From assembly GCF_964194025.1 (NCBI RefSeq), contig NC_134481.1:11656001-11720000 (forward strand): 64,000 nt of DNA. The letters run 5' to 3'. Each line of letters opens with the position of its first letter. The stretch's first letter is position 1. Source of the DNA: Convolutriloba macropyga. Taxonomy: Eukaryota. Position numbers and translations under genes: made by a program. This document shows positions 38,896-52,600 of the stretch, piece by piece. The notes beneath the pieces were generated by a model that was given only the letters and a program-made list of their open reading frames with translations, made no database searches and was not told the origin of the DNA.

Positions 38896-40255
38896 CAGTG
38901 TTCCCTGTGTGTTTCGATCTTAGAATAATCATTTTTTGAGTTCATTAAAATTACGTAAACATTTTAAAAAAAATTAACGAATGGAATTGACAGTGAGAAA
39001 ACTAGCAAAAACAATAATCGTCAAAGATGACAGCAAGATTGCACGTCAGACATTTGTCTTATTTAATTATTAAAAAATTAATTGGATAGTTTATTCACAT
39101 TCTTATGCATTTTCCCCTATAGATGGGGATCTCGTAAAAAACTGAGCATTTAATTTACTGGGTTGAGATTTTATCGCATGATTATCCTTTTGAACGATCT
39201 TAATCCGACTGTTTTCAATATTGATTATTAGGACAGTTTTATCTGACCTTAAGTGTTTTTAGTTCTGTTACAGGCCATCGGCCCGGATAAGTTGCCTTTG
39301 CTGCAAATTGCCTCTGGAGTCATAATTACCTGGATTACCTCCCACCACCTGGATGGTTAATTAAAAACGCGTGAAACTTACTTACAACACTTTAAAGCGT
39401 GTTCTGATCTTCTGATGTATGCAACAAAATTTCATTTGGCTATTACTTAACAACAATGATACATTAATAGTAAAAATCTTGCATCCTAAGTTATCACTTG
39501 AGCAAAAAAAAACAATATGGCTTAAAATTGCTATCTGCTGGTACTGGCACTTCTAATAAGGCATCACCGACGTAAACTGAAGGCTATGGTTTGCATTTTT
39601 GCGCAATTCTAATGTGGATTGATTGTTCAATTTATACATTGCTTTTTCCGAGGGTACAATAATCCCAACGCACTTAAGTTGGCAGTCTAAGTTTTCAAAA
39701 CTTTAGTGAACTTTTTTTTCAGTATTGTTCTAGTTCTGGGGTTATGGTTTTGGTTTTTTGTGGCCTTCTGAATTTTTAGGGTTTCAGCTCTCAACGTTTG
39801 ATTCTCCGATGCAGCTGCTCCAACTTTACTTAATTACTAAACATTGAATTCAATCAGAGCTTTTTGGTTCACAATGTGACATCAAAAAAGATCTGCGAAA
39901 AGCAAAGTAATCAAAATTGCCAATTTCGATGCATGCCTAGAAGACAATTGATCAATTCTTAGCTGATTTTGTAGACTTTTTCAAAGAATATCGTTTCTAT
40001 TAAAATATTATTAGCACTTTTAGCATTATTTACAGCTATTCAGCGCTTTTGAGCGCTCTTTACGCAGAAAAATGCTGAATCGGTGCACGCACCTCGCTTC
40101 GGGAGCAAATATTTGTTAATAAACAATATGCTCCCGGGGGAGAAAAATTTCGGATAACACTAATTTTCAAAAACATATTACTTCAAATTTTTCAGGGAAC
40201 ACCTATTTTGAAAAATATTTTTTCCTTAATTGGAATTTTTTTTCAGGGAACACTT
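38896..40255. mobile_element. hAT-like non-autonomous element filling lipocalin A intron 2
   Basis: CAGTGTTCCCTG at 38896 versus CAGGGAACACTT at 40244-40255 (11/12 inverted match); second CAGGGAACAC at ~40193; no 8-bp TSD visible. Confidence 0.5.
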
Positions 40256-40477
40256 CCCCGTGACGGTCGATCCTGCAGTGGAATATAACAGTGAAAAGGT
40301 GATCCAAATACACGACAAATATATTCGGTTGCTCTATTGTTGGCAACCGGCCTTCCGAATCCATAATGAAAGAGCCCAGATTGGACATGGGGTAAGGAAT
40401 TGCCTTCTGACAGATTATTTCTGCAGTTGAGAAAGTCTGGTTGTCATAACTAGTCACGTTCATTTGAAGAAACCAAC
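40254..40477 (-). CDS. Lipocalin A exon 2 (GWFLQMNVTSYDNQ...NIFVVYLDHLFTVIFHCRIDRHGE)
   Basis: ctaactttcag acceptor, phase 1 compatible with exon 1; VVYLDHLFTVIFHC resembles SCR2 (VLxTDYxxYAxxYSC). The donor position (GAA|GTGTTC) is uncertain. Confidence 0.7.
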
Positions 40478-40503
40478 CTGAAAGTTAGGAACAACATCAA
40501 CTT

Positions 40504-43500
40504 CCCGGGTTGAATTTTTCCGCCCAAAATGATGTAAGAGTGGGGCTGCAATGGGAGGATTTTTTAGGAAAATGCAGCTCAAAACTCTTACGTCTTTTTG
40601 GGCTGCATTGGGCTTCCAAGGGGGGTAAAATGGTGTAAGAGTGAGGGGGTAAAAGACAAATTAACCCCCCACTCTTACATCTTTTTTGGTCTGCCAAGGG
40701 GGGTAAAACGATGTAATTTGTCTTTTACCCCCTCACTCTTACACCATTTTACCCCCCTTCGCAGACCAAAGAAGCTGTAAGAGTGGGGGGTTAATTTGTC
40801 TTTTACCCCCTCACTCTTACACCATCTTACCCCTCTTGGAAGCCCAATGCAGCCCAAAAAGACGTAAGAGTTTTGAGCTGCATTTTCCTAAAAAATCCTC
40901 CCATTGCACCCCACACTTACATCATTTTACCTTCCTTGGCAGCCCAACTCTTACATCATTTTACCCCCCCTGGCAGCACAACTCTTACATCATTTTACCC
41001 CCTCAATCTTACTTTTTTTTAGCCCCCATACCAGAAGACTGCCAGTCTTGAACCCACAACCTCTGTACCCTCAGCTGCGTCATCTTATCCTCCAGACCAT
41101 CAAAGCTTGTCCAACTCTTGACGGTCTATATATATGAATAATGGTTGTTAGAATTTCCCCATCTCAACAAATTACCCCCTCACTCTTATATCGTTTTACC
41201 CCCTCAGAAAAATTTACCCCCTCATTTTTACACCATTTTACCCCCCTTGGCAGCCCAACTCTTACATCATTTTGGCCCCTCTGAGCAAATTACCCCCTCA
41301 CTCTTACACCATTTTATCCCCCTTGGCAGCCCAACTATTACATCATTTTACCCCCTCTGAACAAATTACCCCCTCACTCTTACAACATTTTACCCGCCTT
41401 GGCAGCCCAACTTTTACGTCATTTTACCATCTCTGGACAAATTACCCCCTCGTTCATACACACTTTTACCCCCCTTGGCAGCCCAACTCTTACATCATTA
41501 AACCCCCTCTGAACAAATTTGCCCCTCACACTTACACCATTTTACCCCCCTTGGCAGCTCAAATCTTAGCTCATGTTACCCCCTCTGGACCCCTTGGCAG
41601 CACAACTCTTACCTCATTTTACCCTCTCTGGACAAATTACCCCCTCACTCTTACACCATTGTACCCCCCTTGGCAGCCCAACTCTTACATCATTTTACCC
41701 CCTATGAACAAAAAACCCACTCACTCTTACAACATTTTACCCCCATTGGCAGCCCAACTCTTACATCATTTTACCCCCTGTGAACAAATTACCCCCTCAC
41801 TCCTAGACCATTTTCACCCCTTGGCAACCCAACTCTTACATCATTGAACCCCCTCTGAAAAAATTACCCTTTCATTCTTACACCTTTTTACCCCCTTTGG
41901 CAGCCCAACTTTTACATCATTTTACCCCCTCTGGACAAATTACCCCCTCACTCTTACACCATTTTACCCCCCTGCGGCAGCCCGACTCTTACATCATTTT
42001 AACCCCTCTGAACAAATTACCCCCTCACTCCTAGACCATTTTCACCCCTTGGCAACCCAACTCTTACATCATTGAACCCCCTCTGAAAAAATTACCCTCT
42101 CACTCTTACACCATTTTGCCCCCCCTTGGCAGCTCAAATCTTAGCTCATATTGCCCCTCTTGACAAATTAACCCCTCACTCTTACACCATTTTACCCCCC
42201 TCGGCAGCCCGACTCTTACATCATTTTAACCCCTCTGAACAAATTCCCCCCTCACTTTTACAAAATTTTACCTCCTTGGCTGCCCAACTCTTACATCACT
42301 AAACCCCCTCTGAATAAACTACCCCCTCACTCTTACATCCGCTTTACCCCCCTTGGCAGCCCAACTCTCACATCATTTTACCCCCTCTGGACAAATTACC
42401 CCCTCACTCTTACACCATTTTACCCCCTTGGCAGCCCAACTCTTACATCATTTTACACCCTCTGAATTTCAATCAGGGGGAGAGGGGTAATTTCTGAAAA
42501 ATCCTCCCATTGCAGCCCACTCTTACATGGCAATTTCAGTCATAGGTGGGGTAATTCCTGAAAATTCCATCCATTGCAGCCCATTGCAGCCTACTCTTAC
42601 ATGGCAATTTCAGTCAGGGGGTAATTCTTGAAACTTCCTCCCATTGCATCCCTTTGACACCCACTCTTACATGGCAATTTCAGTCAGGGGTGTAATTACT
42701 TAAAAGACCTCGCATTGCAGCCCATTGCAGCCCACTGTTACATGGCAATTTCAGTCAGGGGGGTAATTCCTGAAAAGTCCTCCCATTGCATCCCATTGCA
42801 GTCCGCTCTTACATGACAATTTCAGTCAGGGGGTAATCCTGAAAAGTCCTCCCATTGCAGCCCACTCTTACATGGCAATTTCAGTCAGGGTGGTAATTCC
42901 TCAAAAGTCCTCCCATTGCAGACCAACTCTTACATCATTTTACTCCCTCTGAACAAATTACCCCCTCACTTTTACACCATTTTACCCCCCTTGGCAGCTC
43001 AAATCTTAGCTCATGTTACCCCCTCTGGACCCCTTGGCAGCACAATCCTTACCTCATTTTACCCTCTCTGGAAAAATTACCCCCTCACTCTTACACTATT
43101 GTACCCCCCTTGGCAGCCCAACTCTTACATCATTTTACCCCCTATGAACAAAAAAACCCCTCACTCTTACAACATTTTACCCCCATTGGCAGCCCAACTC
43201 TTACATCTTTTTACCCCCTGTGAACAAATTACCCCCTCACTCCTAGACCATTTTCACCCCTTGGCAACCCAACTCTTACATCATTGAACCCCCTCTGAAA
43301 AAATTACCCTCTCACTCTTACACCTTTTTACCCCCCTTGGCAGCCGAACTCTTACATCATTTTACCCCCTCCAGACAAATTACCCCCTCACTCTTACACC
43401 ATTTTACCCCCCTTGGCAGCCCGACTCTTACATCATTTTACCCTCTCTGAACAAATTACCCCCTCACTCTTACAACATTTTACCCCCATTGGCAGCCCAA

Positions 43501-45068
43501 CTCTTACATCATTTTACCCCCTGTGAACAAATTACCCCCTCACTCTTAGACCATTTTCACCCCTTGGCAACCCAAATCTTACATCATTAAACCCCCTCTG
43601 AAAAAATTACCCTCTCACTCTTACACCTTTTTACCCCCCTTGGCAGCCCAACTCTTACATCATTTTACCCCCTCTGGACAAATTACCCCCTCACTCTTAC
43701 ACCATTTTACCCCCCTTGGCTGCCCGACTCTCACATCATTTTACCCCCTCTTAACAAATAACCCCCTCACTCTTACACCATTTTGCCCCCCTTGGCAGCT
43801 CAAATCTTAGCTCATATTACCCCTCTTGACAAATTAACCCCTCACTCTTACACCATTTTACCCCCCTGGGCAGCCCGACTCTTACATCATTTTAACCCCT
43901 CTGAACAAATTACCCCCTCACCCTTGCACCGTTTTACCCCCTTGGCAGCCCAACTATTACATCATTTTACCCCCTCTGGACAAATTACCCCCTCACTCTC
44001 ACACCATTTTACCCCCTTGGCAGCCCAACTCTTACATCATTTTACCCCCTCTGAATTTCAATCAGGGGGAGAGGGGTAATTCCTGAAAAATCCTCCCAAT
44101 GCAGCCCACTCTTACATGGCAATTTCAGTCATGGGTGGGGTAATTCCTGAAAATTCCATCCATTGCAGCCCATTGCAGCCTACTCTTACATGACAATTTC
44201 AGTCAGGGGGGTAATTCCTGAAACGTCCTCTCATTGCAGCCCATTGGCACCCACTCTTACATGGCAATTTCAGTCAGGGGGGTAATTCCCTAAAAGTCCT
44301 CCCATTGCAGCCCATTGCAGCCCACTGTTACATGGCAATTTCAGTCAAGGGGGTAATTCCTGAAAAGTCCTCCCATTGCAGCCCCTTGCAGCCCACTCTT
44401 ACATGGCAACTTCAGTCAGGGGGGGTAATTCCTGAAAAGTCCTCCCATTGCAGCCCATTGCAGCCCTCTCTTACATGGCAATTTCAGTCAGGGGAGTAAT
44501 TCCTGAAAAGTCCTCCCATTTCAGCCCACTCTAACATGGCAATTTCAGTCAAGGGGGGGGGTATATCCTAAAAAGTCCTCCCATTGTAGCCCATTGCAGT
44601 CCTCTCTTACATGACAATTTCAGTCAGGGGGTAATCCTGAAAAATCCTCCCATTGCAGCCCACTCTTACATGGCAATTTCAGTCAGGGGGGTAATTCCTG
44701 AAAAGTCCTCCCAATGCAGCCCATTGCAGCCCACTCTTACATGACAATATCAGTCAGGGGGGGGGGGGTAATTCCTGAAAAGTCCTCCCATTGTAGCCCA
44801 TTGCAGTCCACTCTTACATGACAATTTCAGTCAGGGGGGTAATCCTGAAAAGTCCTCCCATTGCAGCCCACTCTTACATGGCAATTTCAGTCAGGGGGGT
44901 AATTCCTCAAAAGTCCTCCCATTGCAGCCCAACTCTTACATCATTTTACCCCCTCTGAACTAATTACCCCCACACTCTTACATCAATTTACCCCCATGGA
45001 CAAATTACCCCCCCCCCCCCATTCTTACATCAAAATGGGAGGATTTTAGGGAGGACATTCGACCCGGG
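40504..45068. mobile_element. 4.6-kb EnSpm/CACTA-like non-autonomous element made almost entirely of minisatellite
   Basis: TT|CCCGGGTTGAAT...ATTCGACCCGGG|TT; no coding capacity; built on an ACTCTTACA core motif. Confidence 0.75.
41165..45030. repeat. Compound minisatellite: ~76-bp type A blocks alternating with ~60-70-bp type B blocks (A-B-A-B)
   Basis: A: ttggcagcccaactcttacatcattttaccccctctgaacaaattaccccctcactcttacaccattttacccccc (~41165-42465, 42920-44055). B: cccattgcagcccactcttacatggcaatttcagtcaggggggtaattcctgaaaagtcct (~42470-42920, 44060-44930). Confidence 0.95.
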
Positions 45069-46914
45069 TTCAGAATCAACCCCTTATCTATATGAATCTT
45101 GTCATTTTCTGCATTAACGAATAAAAACATTGCGCCGCAAAACGTTTATATTGCTCTAATAAATTTACTGGATTTTGTCACTGTTTTCCAGGATTGCTCT
45201 TAGCAACGCAACAATTAGTCATAAATGATGGGAAGCCTAATTTATAAATAAATACCTAGAAGAGCCTCGCATTAAAAATCGTGGATTAAAAAGACAAATT
45301 GCATATAAGCGCTTGCCAATAAGATGGCGCTTTCCAAATTGTATCTGAAATAATTTATTTACAAATACAGAGTCATCAGCCATTAAGAGTATGTTTTGCA
45401 GCAAATGTGTGCATTTTGAGGTAACCGTACTCCTAGTCCGCCGCTTATATTGCAAGATCTTGCATGGTCCTTGCAACACACTCACAAGATCATACACAAT
45501 ATTTCCAGAGTATTGCAAGATTCTTGCACGATAACCCGTACCGAACTCCAAGTCTGAAGAAGTACAATGCAAGTCTAAAGGCAAGTCATTTATAGTTTTT
45601 CAGTTTTCCCTAAGCTATCGTAAACTATGAACTTGGGAGGAGGTAATATTAATGAGTTTTCAGCTATATTTCAGACACTTTCAGCAGTTTTCTGCCAAAT
45701 TACAGCCTGAAAATAGCCGAAAACATTTTTTTGTAATTTTTATATCCAGAAAATGTCGAACTTTGCAAAACCTTCCCAAGACAGAAACATATGGAATCAG
45801 ACCAAAATTCACGAAATCTTCCAATGCCTCTCAATTTCAACTAGACTGTGAGCCAATGCTACCCTCAGTTAGTTCTAGTGGGTTATGATTAATTGGATTA
45901 CAATGAAATAATAATAAACCGTATGAGTTTAATTGATTTTATGACTTATTATCGATAATTTATCTTGATGGGGGCCATCACTGGGTGGTGTTTATTTCGG
46001 GAAATATGTGTCAAATATACGCGTCAAATGTCATATATATGCTCTTAACACCTATTTCACAGGCAGTCGGATAAACTGTGTTTTGTCCCGATCCCGATCG
46101 GATTAATATTATGATCAAAATTCCAGATTGTCAAAATAGTCAAAATACCCTAGGAAAATTGAGTCTGCCTGATTCTCGATTTCTAATAACTATTTTCAGT
46201 GTACGTAGGAAACTCTTTATTCAATACGCGTTAGCTTTTTATGTCTTCTAAGTAATGTTACTAATTCCTTCTAGTTCAATAGTTTGATTTGGATTTCGAA
46301 AAGTTAATAGCGACCGAGCATCAAGCACCTTATGTGCTCAAATGTTGAGGGAAACATCGCTCGTTGCTCTTCATTTTGTGAAATACTTGTCATTTTTTAA
46401 GGTTTCAGAAAGGAAGTTTGTCGGTGGTTTTGTACGTTTTGGCTGCTATAGAAACGTTTTCAAGCTGAATTTAGGCACAAAAGTTGAGATAAAGCCTACG
46501 ACTTTGGTTGTAGCTTTTTTGCAGTTATTGTTGGATTTTTACACGGTTTGCCGGCTGTTTTAGTTGTTTTCTTCCTGGCTATTTGTGACGTTTTCTTGAG
46601 GATATTTTACTTTTTGAGGCTTTTAGGTCATTTTTTTTTGAGGCAACCAGGATTTCGGTTGAGACTTGCCAAGTCTTGGCCAAGAGCGGGGTTTAGACTT
46701 GCCAAGTTTTGGCCAAGACCTGGATTTGTGACCACAGTAAAAATAGAGAATTGGATCTAAGTTGTAAAATATCCTTGTGCATGTTTGGACGCACCGAACC
46801 CCTTATATGCTTTCAAAAATATTCTTCGTCAGATACGAGCTCAGACGCGTAGCTCGACCTGGGTGTAAACAAACCAGAGTTTTTGAATGTTCGGTACCTT
46901 TGAGTCACACTTAC

Positions 46915-47152
46915 CATAACTGGCTTTGAGCAGAAAGAGGTCAACAACCAGACATGGGTCATCACTTCCACGTTTGCCAGGATTGTTGGCTGTCATTACA
47001 GGGTACCATCTACCCAAAAATTTCTCAAGTATCAGAGGAACTGCCGAAACATATGGACAGTGATCCGGCTCCTGATGATACGACCGGGAAAATTTTAAGT
47101 TCTTGACCAGAAAACAAAATGAAAGAAGTAAAATGCTCCTAGCATCGACCAT
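46915..47152 (-). CDS. Lipocalin A (apolipoprotein D-like) exon 1; spliced product about 225 aa
   Basis: Hydrophobic N-terminus, then CPYVSAVPLILEKFLGRWY (ApoD-type Cys-Pro plus SCR1 GxW) and a second Cys; donor G|GTAAGT at 46914, phase 1. Confidence 0.8.
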
Positions 47153-49378
47153 ATTGATTGGTGATTTACAAGAGTTGGATTCTGGCAAACAATCAAAAGG
47201 TCGATTTAAAGTTCATTTGACTGTTCTTAATGTTAAATGATTTCAGTATTTTGACAAACATTATGATCGGTGAAATGGCAACTCACTGAATGCAATTTGA
47301 AAGAGCCGCGAAACGGAGAGGAGAGATTTACAATCAAATGATGGCGTATTTTTGTCATCATTTTTTCTTATTTTTTCTTTTCCGAGTTGGGATGGCAATT
47401 TTTGTTGTGCTCCAGACATAGTTCTAGTGGATAGGAAACAAAACAACTGTTGTGAAAGTTTGCCAAATTTTCTTGTCAAATCAAGTACTGGTCTGTTTTT
47501 TTATGTTTCCGCAATATCTAAAATTCAAGTGGTATAAAAGATTTGAATAAGAAGCAAAAATTTAGGAAATTTTTTTCCCAGTCAATTTTTCCCACATTAT
47601 TCCTTAATTATTACATTAAATTAATGCTAAAGGCAATCACATGAGCAAATATTTATTCGATAAAATAGGTTTTTAATTTTTTGAGGGCGGTGTTTTGCAA
47701 ATTTTGAATTTATGATTTCAAATCATTTATTTTGAGAAATAATGAACAAAATAAACACATTTTGTGTTTATCTCTATAAATGTTGGATCGTATTTAATCC
47801 TTGTTTTGATCACTGATTATTACTCTTTTGGCAATTCAAAGAAGTCTTCCTTTTGTTCTAACTAAGTAACTATAGATATTTTTATGCTCAGTGTTCATAT
47901 ACTACGTTTCCGCCTTGAGAAAACTTCCGTTGAAAAAGAGGGCAACGGTTTCAAAAGAGTATGTTTTGATATAAGATTACAAAATTTTACATCAAGCGAT
48001 ATTCTAATGTTATCACTGCATGCCAACGCAATTTAAAACTAAAATTCTTTGGATTTTGGTTCCTTAGTCCATTTTAATTTTGATGGAGACTTTTTTCAAA
48101 GTATTTTTTCTTAAAAACTGAAATTATGGTGGCTAGCTGTTTAAACTGTTTTTGGCGACTAGTATATCTAATTTCTACAACAAAATCAATGAGTTTTCAC
48201 ACAAACTGTGCCAAAGAACTCTTCAGTTAGCAGTTAGATGTTTTATTTGTTAATTATTTGTTAATCAAATTGAATTTTCTAAAAGACATTGAAACTCATA
48301 GTTACAGTCTACAATTTTCGTAGTCAATCCTATGTTAGTACAGCGCCGATTTTTTATGCGATAATTATCCTTTTGTCCTCGATTTTTGTAATAGACAAGT
48401 TTTCCACGGATGGTGAACTTTAGATATATAGATATACATATTCAGAAATAATTGTTTGAATTATTTACAGCCAAAATTTTATTGGAGCAAGTCTTACGTC
48501 TCATTCGAGTCCAGGTCAAATTGTATAAGCAGTATCACCTGTAAAGGCAGCTAATTTCACTGCATAAGCCACAACTTAAACTTTATTAACAAGAACAATA
48601 TTTTGATAAAAACCATTTTTTTTATTATAAGTAATTTTTATTGATAATATATTATAAAAAATTGTTCAAAAAATTGCAAATGCGAACTTCAATTAGCCAA
48701 TTTTAATCTCCGCAGGAAGTGTTTCATTTAAAATGCCACATCTTTCTTTTAGAGAGACCTATATGTGCTATATTCCTATTATTTTCTCCCTTTGATTCAA
48801 ATTGGGTAAAGCTGGATTTAATTTGGCTGAAAATATTTGACATTTTTTTGCTCTTTTTTCAATACAGGTTCATTTCCAGAGGCAGAATTGTACAAGTTCT
48901 TTGAAGAAATTGAACAAGATTCCTTGACAAATAACACAAAAACTTAAGAACAGTTTTGACGCAGGTGTTGTTTAAAATTTTCACGAAAAGTATACAAACA
49001 GTTTACTGTATGTCAAGGAATTAAGGAATTAGAGAAATGATTTGAACACAAAATATGATTTAATTTGATGCTTATGGCGTACAAAATTCTTCGGGTGTAC
49101 GTAACTGTTTGAACCAGGATGTAAATTTACGTTTTTCATTCTTTTATGTTAGCTATTCCTGAAATAGGTCATTTCATTTGTTTATTAAAAGTCGGTCTTT
49201 TCTTAATAACGAAACGTTAATTGAAATGTTTATATCAACCTATTTTCTCTTGATAAATGAAAAACAATCACCTCAAATCACAACATCTCATTTTCCCATC
49301 ACCTCAAATTGAATCCATAGCCCATTTTTTGCGCAATATTTGAATGCCGAGTTACTTTTTCAGTTATTTGACATCTTT

Positions 49379-49604
49379 TCAACCTCTAGCCAGTCCCCCT
49401 TTCGGGTACTCGCAAATAACGTAGTGGTTCTGGAAAGAATCACAAGGGTAGTCATCCAGACCTATATACTGGTCCAGTTCGCCCGGTTTCTTCTGGGCGG
49501 TGCATCTTTCGTCCTCTCTTCCCTCACCATCTCCTTTTTGTTTATGGTTTCGCCAAAGGTCAACTGGCATGTAGGTTCCAAACCAGAAGTCCAGGAAAAA
49601 GAAC
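49379..49604 (-). CDS. C-type lectin-like protein, last exon
   Basis: ttttcag acceptor, phase 2 match to exon 1; encodes ...LWRNHKQKGD...EDERC...LDDYPCDSFQNHYVICE, the C-terminal Cys pattern of a CTLD; TGA at 49381-49379. Confidence 0.8.
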
Positions 49605-52600
49605 CTGAAAATTAATTCAAACTTCCTTGGCTACAAAGCTGACTTTAATAACCCAGCTTGTGGTATTTGATGAAAAAACGTTTCTAGTTCAGCTGACCAG
49701 ATTTGCAGCTATAATCTGACGCCTCTAATTGCGAAATTTTTTTCCAGAAATTGAAGGTAAATAATTTCAATGATGGCTTATGCTGCCATAGCTAATAGGT
49801 CGACTCACGAAAAGGCGGTGGTAGGCCATCATTTGGTATGATAAGACTAAAGATCGACTTTTGTGGTTTTTAGTCGACCATGTGTCAACCTAACGATGGT
49901 CATAGTTGGCCATGGTACGGCCGTTAAGTGTCAGGATTGATCGTGGATCAACAGATAATTGCTGGGGTTGACTACAAGTATCAGAGTAAACAAAATCAAG
50001 TAATTGCAACATGTGCTCGACCCCCCCCCCCCCCACCCACACCGAATGAACGTTTCAATAGGTAGTGATGTTTTAGTCTGTTTAAAAAATTGTTCCGATC
50101 AAGTCAGACATACAATGAACATGCTTAGTTTTAGCTATTGAACTTCATTTATTTATGCTTCTGTTGCCATTGATGTTTTATATATATACCTTTGGGAAAA
50201 ACGGGCAAAAAGATTACTCTGACTGGTGTCAGTTAATTGATATATCTGGCGTTGTATGTTCTATCGAAAGTATGGGCGATAAAAAGACCATGGGTCGATT
50301 TATCAAAAGGCTTTGGGTCGAAGTCACTCGTGTCTTTGGCCATATAACTTTTGTGGGAAATGTACCCGCACCACGACTATATCAATCTTTTCGTAAGACT
50401 GATCTTTCAACCTGGATAAAAGTGACAAGCCAGACACTGAACAGGATTCTTTCAGCATAATTGATCATTATTTCTTCATTTAGATTTATCTTTAAAAGGT
50501 TTTTACTCAATTCCTTAAAAGTGCAAAATCGAAAAGTCTGGTTTTCGAATAAATTTCAGTGGGTGAAGAAAAAAGATCAACTATGCTTAAAAAAATTTAG
50601 TTCAGTATCTGGCTGGTCACTTTTATCCAAGCACAAAATATACTTGTATCATTTAGTTAGCTTTCTCACTCCATAACTGTAGTGGTTCAAATTTACAAGC
50701 AAAATTGTGCGCAAATAAGTCCAATCAATCTGAGCCAGGTGCGTACAAGAAAATAAAACAGCAATAAGAAACAGAAGTTTTTTTCAGCACAAACTTGTAG
50801 CATCGGTTCAAACTTTGTTTTCATCTATGTAATTCTAATTATATTAAATCAGCATGTCAACAAAGCTGAGCCAGCTATCTACAAAATTTAAGCTTAGTTT
50901 TATCGTTAAGATACAGTCCATTGTAATCAAGGGCATTAAATGAAGGTTAAGAGCAAGATGACAGGAAGAAACCTAACTTTTAGTATCTACATTTTACATA
51001 TTTTTCTACATAAATAAACAATATCTGAGATCATTAACAGTTAAAAAAGCAATTTGAACAAAAAAAGGGACACAAACCTAATTGTTCCCTCAAAATTTAA
51101 CTGTGCCCTCAAACAACTTGATTTTACCGTCCCAGGGTGAAATGATTTTATTAACAAAACATATCATTCCTTGGTCCGGCCGCCTTACTTCGTCAACGGA
51201 AAATGGTCAAATGGTAAAACATTTCATTTCACGCTGAATTGAACAGCAACCAAGAGCCAAAACTAATCTTGATAAAAACTGTAAATTTTTCAAGCAAAAT
51301 ATAATTTTTTTGTCGCCTGCTTTTTAAAATTCAAAATGACATAGCTGCTTTGAACTTACTGTTCTTCAGTTTTTGAGATTCTAGTGTAGATTATTCTAGA
51401 AAAACAAAATTTTTCAGAAATTTTTTAAACTTTTTTCAATACTCTTTAGATTGCAATGTCAAAAATGGCAGATTTTTTCAATTTAATTTCGAATAAATCT
51501 TTTTGATTCCCGTTCAATCAGCGCAAATTTTTTGCGGGATAATATAATTACATTGTAGACTTTTCAGTATTAAACGAATATATATTAAGCGTGCTCCATT
51601 GAAGAACGTAGCGTAATTATTTTTGACAACAAGCAAAAATGTAGTCAGGTCAGGCGAAACGGAAGTCCGTAGTGCTCAAATATTCAAATTTGTACCTGAT
51701 AACCTTGCAAAGAGGCTCAAAACGCAAACTGGCTGACTTCGATGTCAATTTAATAAGTAAAAATGCTAATCGTATTTCTAATTATTCCATTCACATAAAC
51801 ATTACAGACTAGCGCCCCTATCAAATGTAACTTGAGCTACATTAACAAAATAGCTTGTTTTGTGGAATATCTCGACAAGTTTTGTCATTATTTTCCACAT
51901 GTTGTATTTTGTAGAAATCGAGAGTTTGGGACCGTGTAACATTGTTACACAATTCATCGCAATATTCCACAATTGATCATATAACGCAAAACTAATTCAT
52001 CTTCAGAGCTAGTTGTCTATACATTTTATCATACTAATTTTGTATGCAACTAAGCTTCTTATCCAACGCAAAAGATTAATGAAAATAATTAAAACTACCA
52101 AACCGACAACTCGGAGCAATTGTGCAATGATGAAGAAATTATCGATTAGGTTTGATAAAAGTTAATGAAAATTTTAGAAAGAAATCAGAGGAGGCTCTCG
52201 CTTGCCTATAGGACTTACGGTTAAAATGTGTATTCATACCAAACTGAAATCCAAAAAGTGAAGCAATATTTACAGATTAACAACAGAACAATTAAAAAAT
52301 GAAAGAGTTCAAATAGACAGTTGTGATTCGGTGTCAGTAGATTTGAAGGACTCTTTTGAAAAATTTCAGATGAAGTTCATGGCAGTCTTAAGCACTTACT
52401 GTTACAATTTTCATTCCAATAAAATTAATTCTTTGGAGTATAGCAATAAATTCAGATTAACAGGAAAATAGAAATTGTTCTCCCAAATAAATTTTTGAGA
52501 TAACTAAATGTACAAAGTACAAAGAATGTTTGTATAATTCAACATGTAATTTGAATACTCTGGAACAGTAGGCTCAGTTTGTTGTGTTCAAAGCGTCTTT

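Noticed and set aside
40497-44499. Pro/Leu/His-rich ORFs up to 191 aa
   Set aside because: Translations of the minisatellite and palindrome, open in several frames, with no splice or codon signal.
41165-45030. Regular repeats as a CRISPR array or telomeric tract
   Set aside because: No unique spacers and no cas genes in a eukaryotic context; TTACCC runs are part of long monomers, not tandem TTAGGG/CCCTAA.
46841-46914. ORF tail KCDSKVPNIQ... as part of lipocalin A (likewise 63303-63481 for B)
   Set aside because: Both paralogs have a strong donor at the same position, so these tails are intron read-through.
50155-50460. 101-aa ORF inside the lectin intron
   Set aside because: No recognisable motif or splice support; at most a decayed element fragment.
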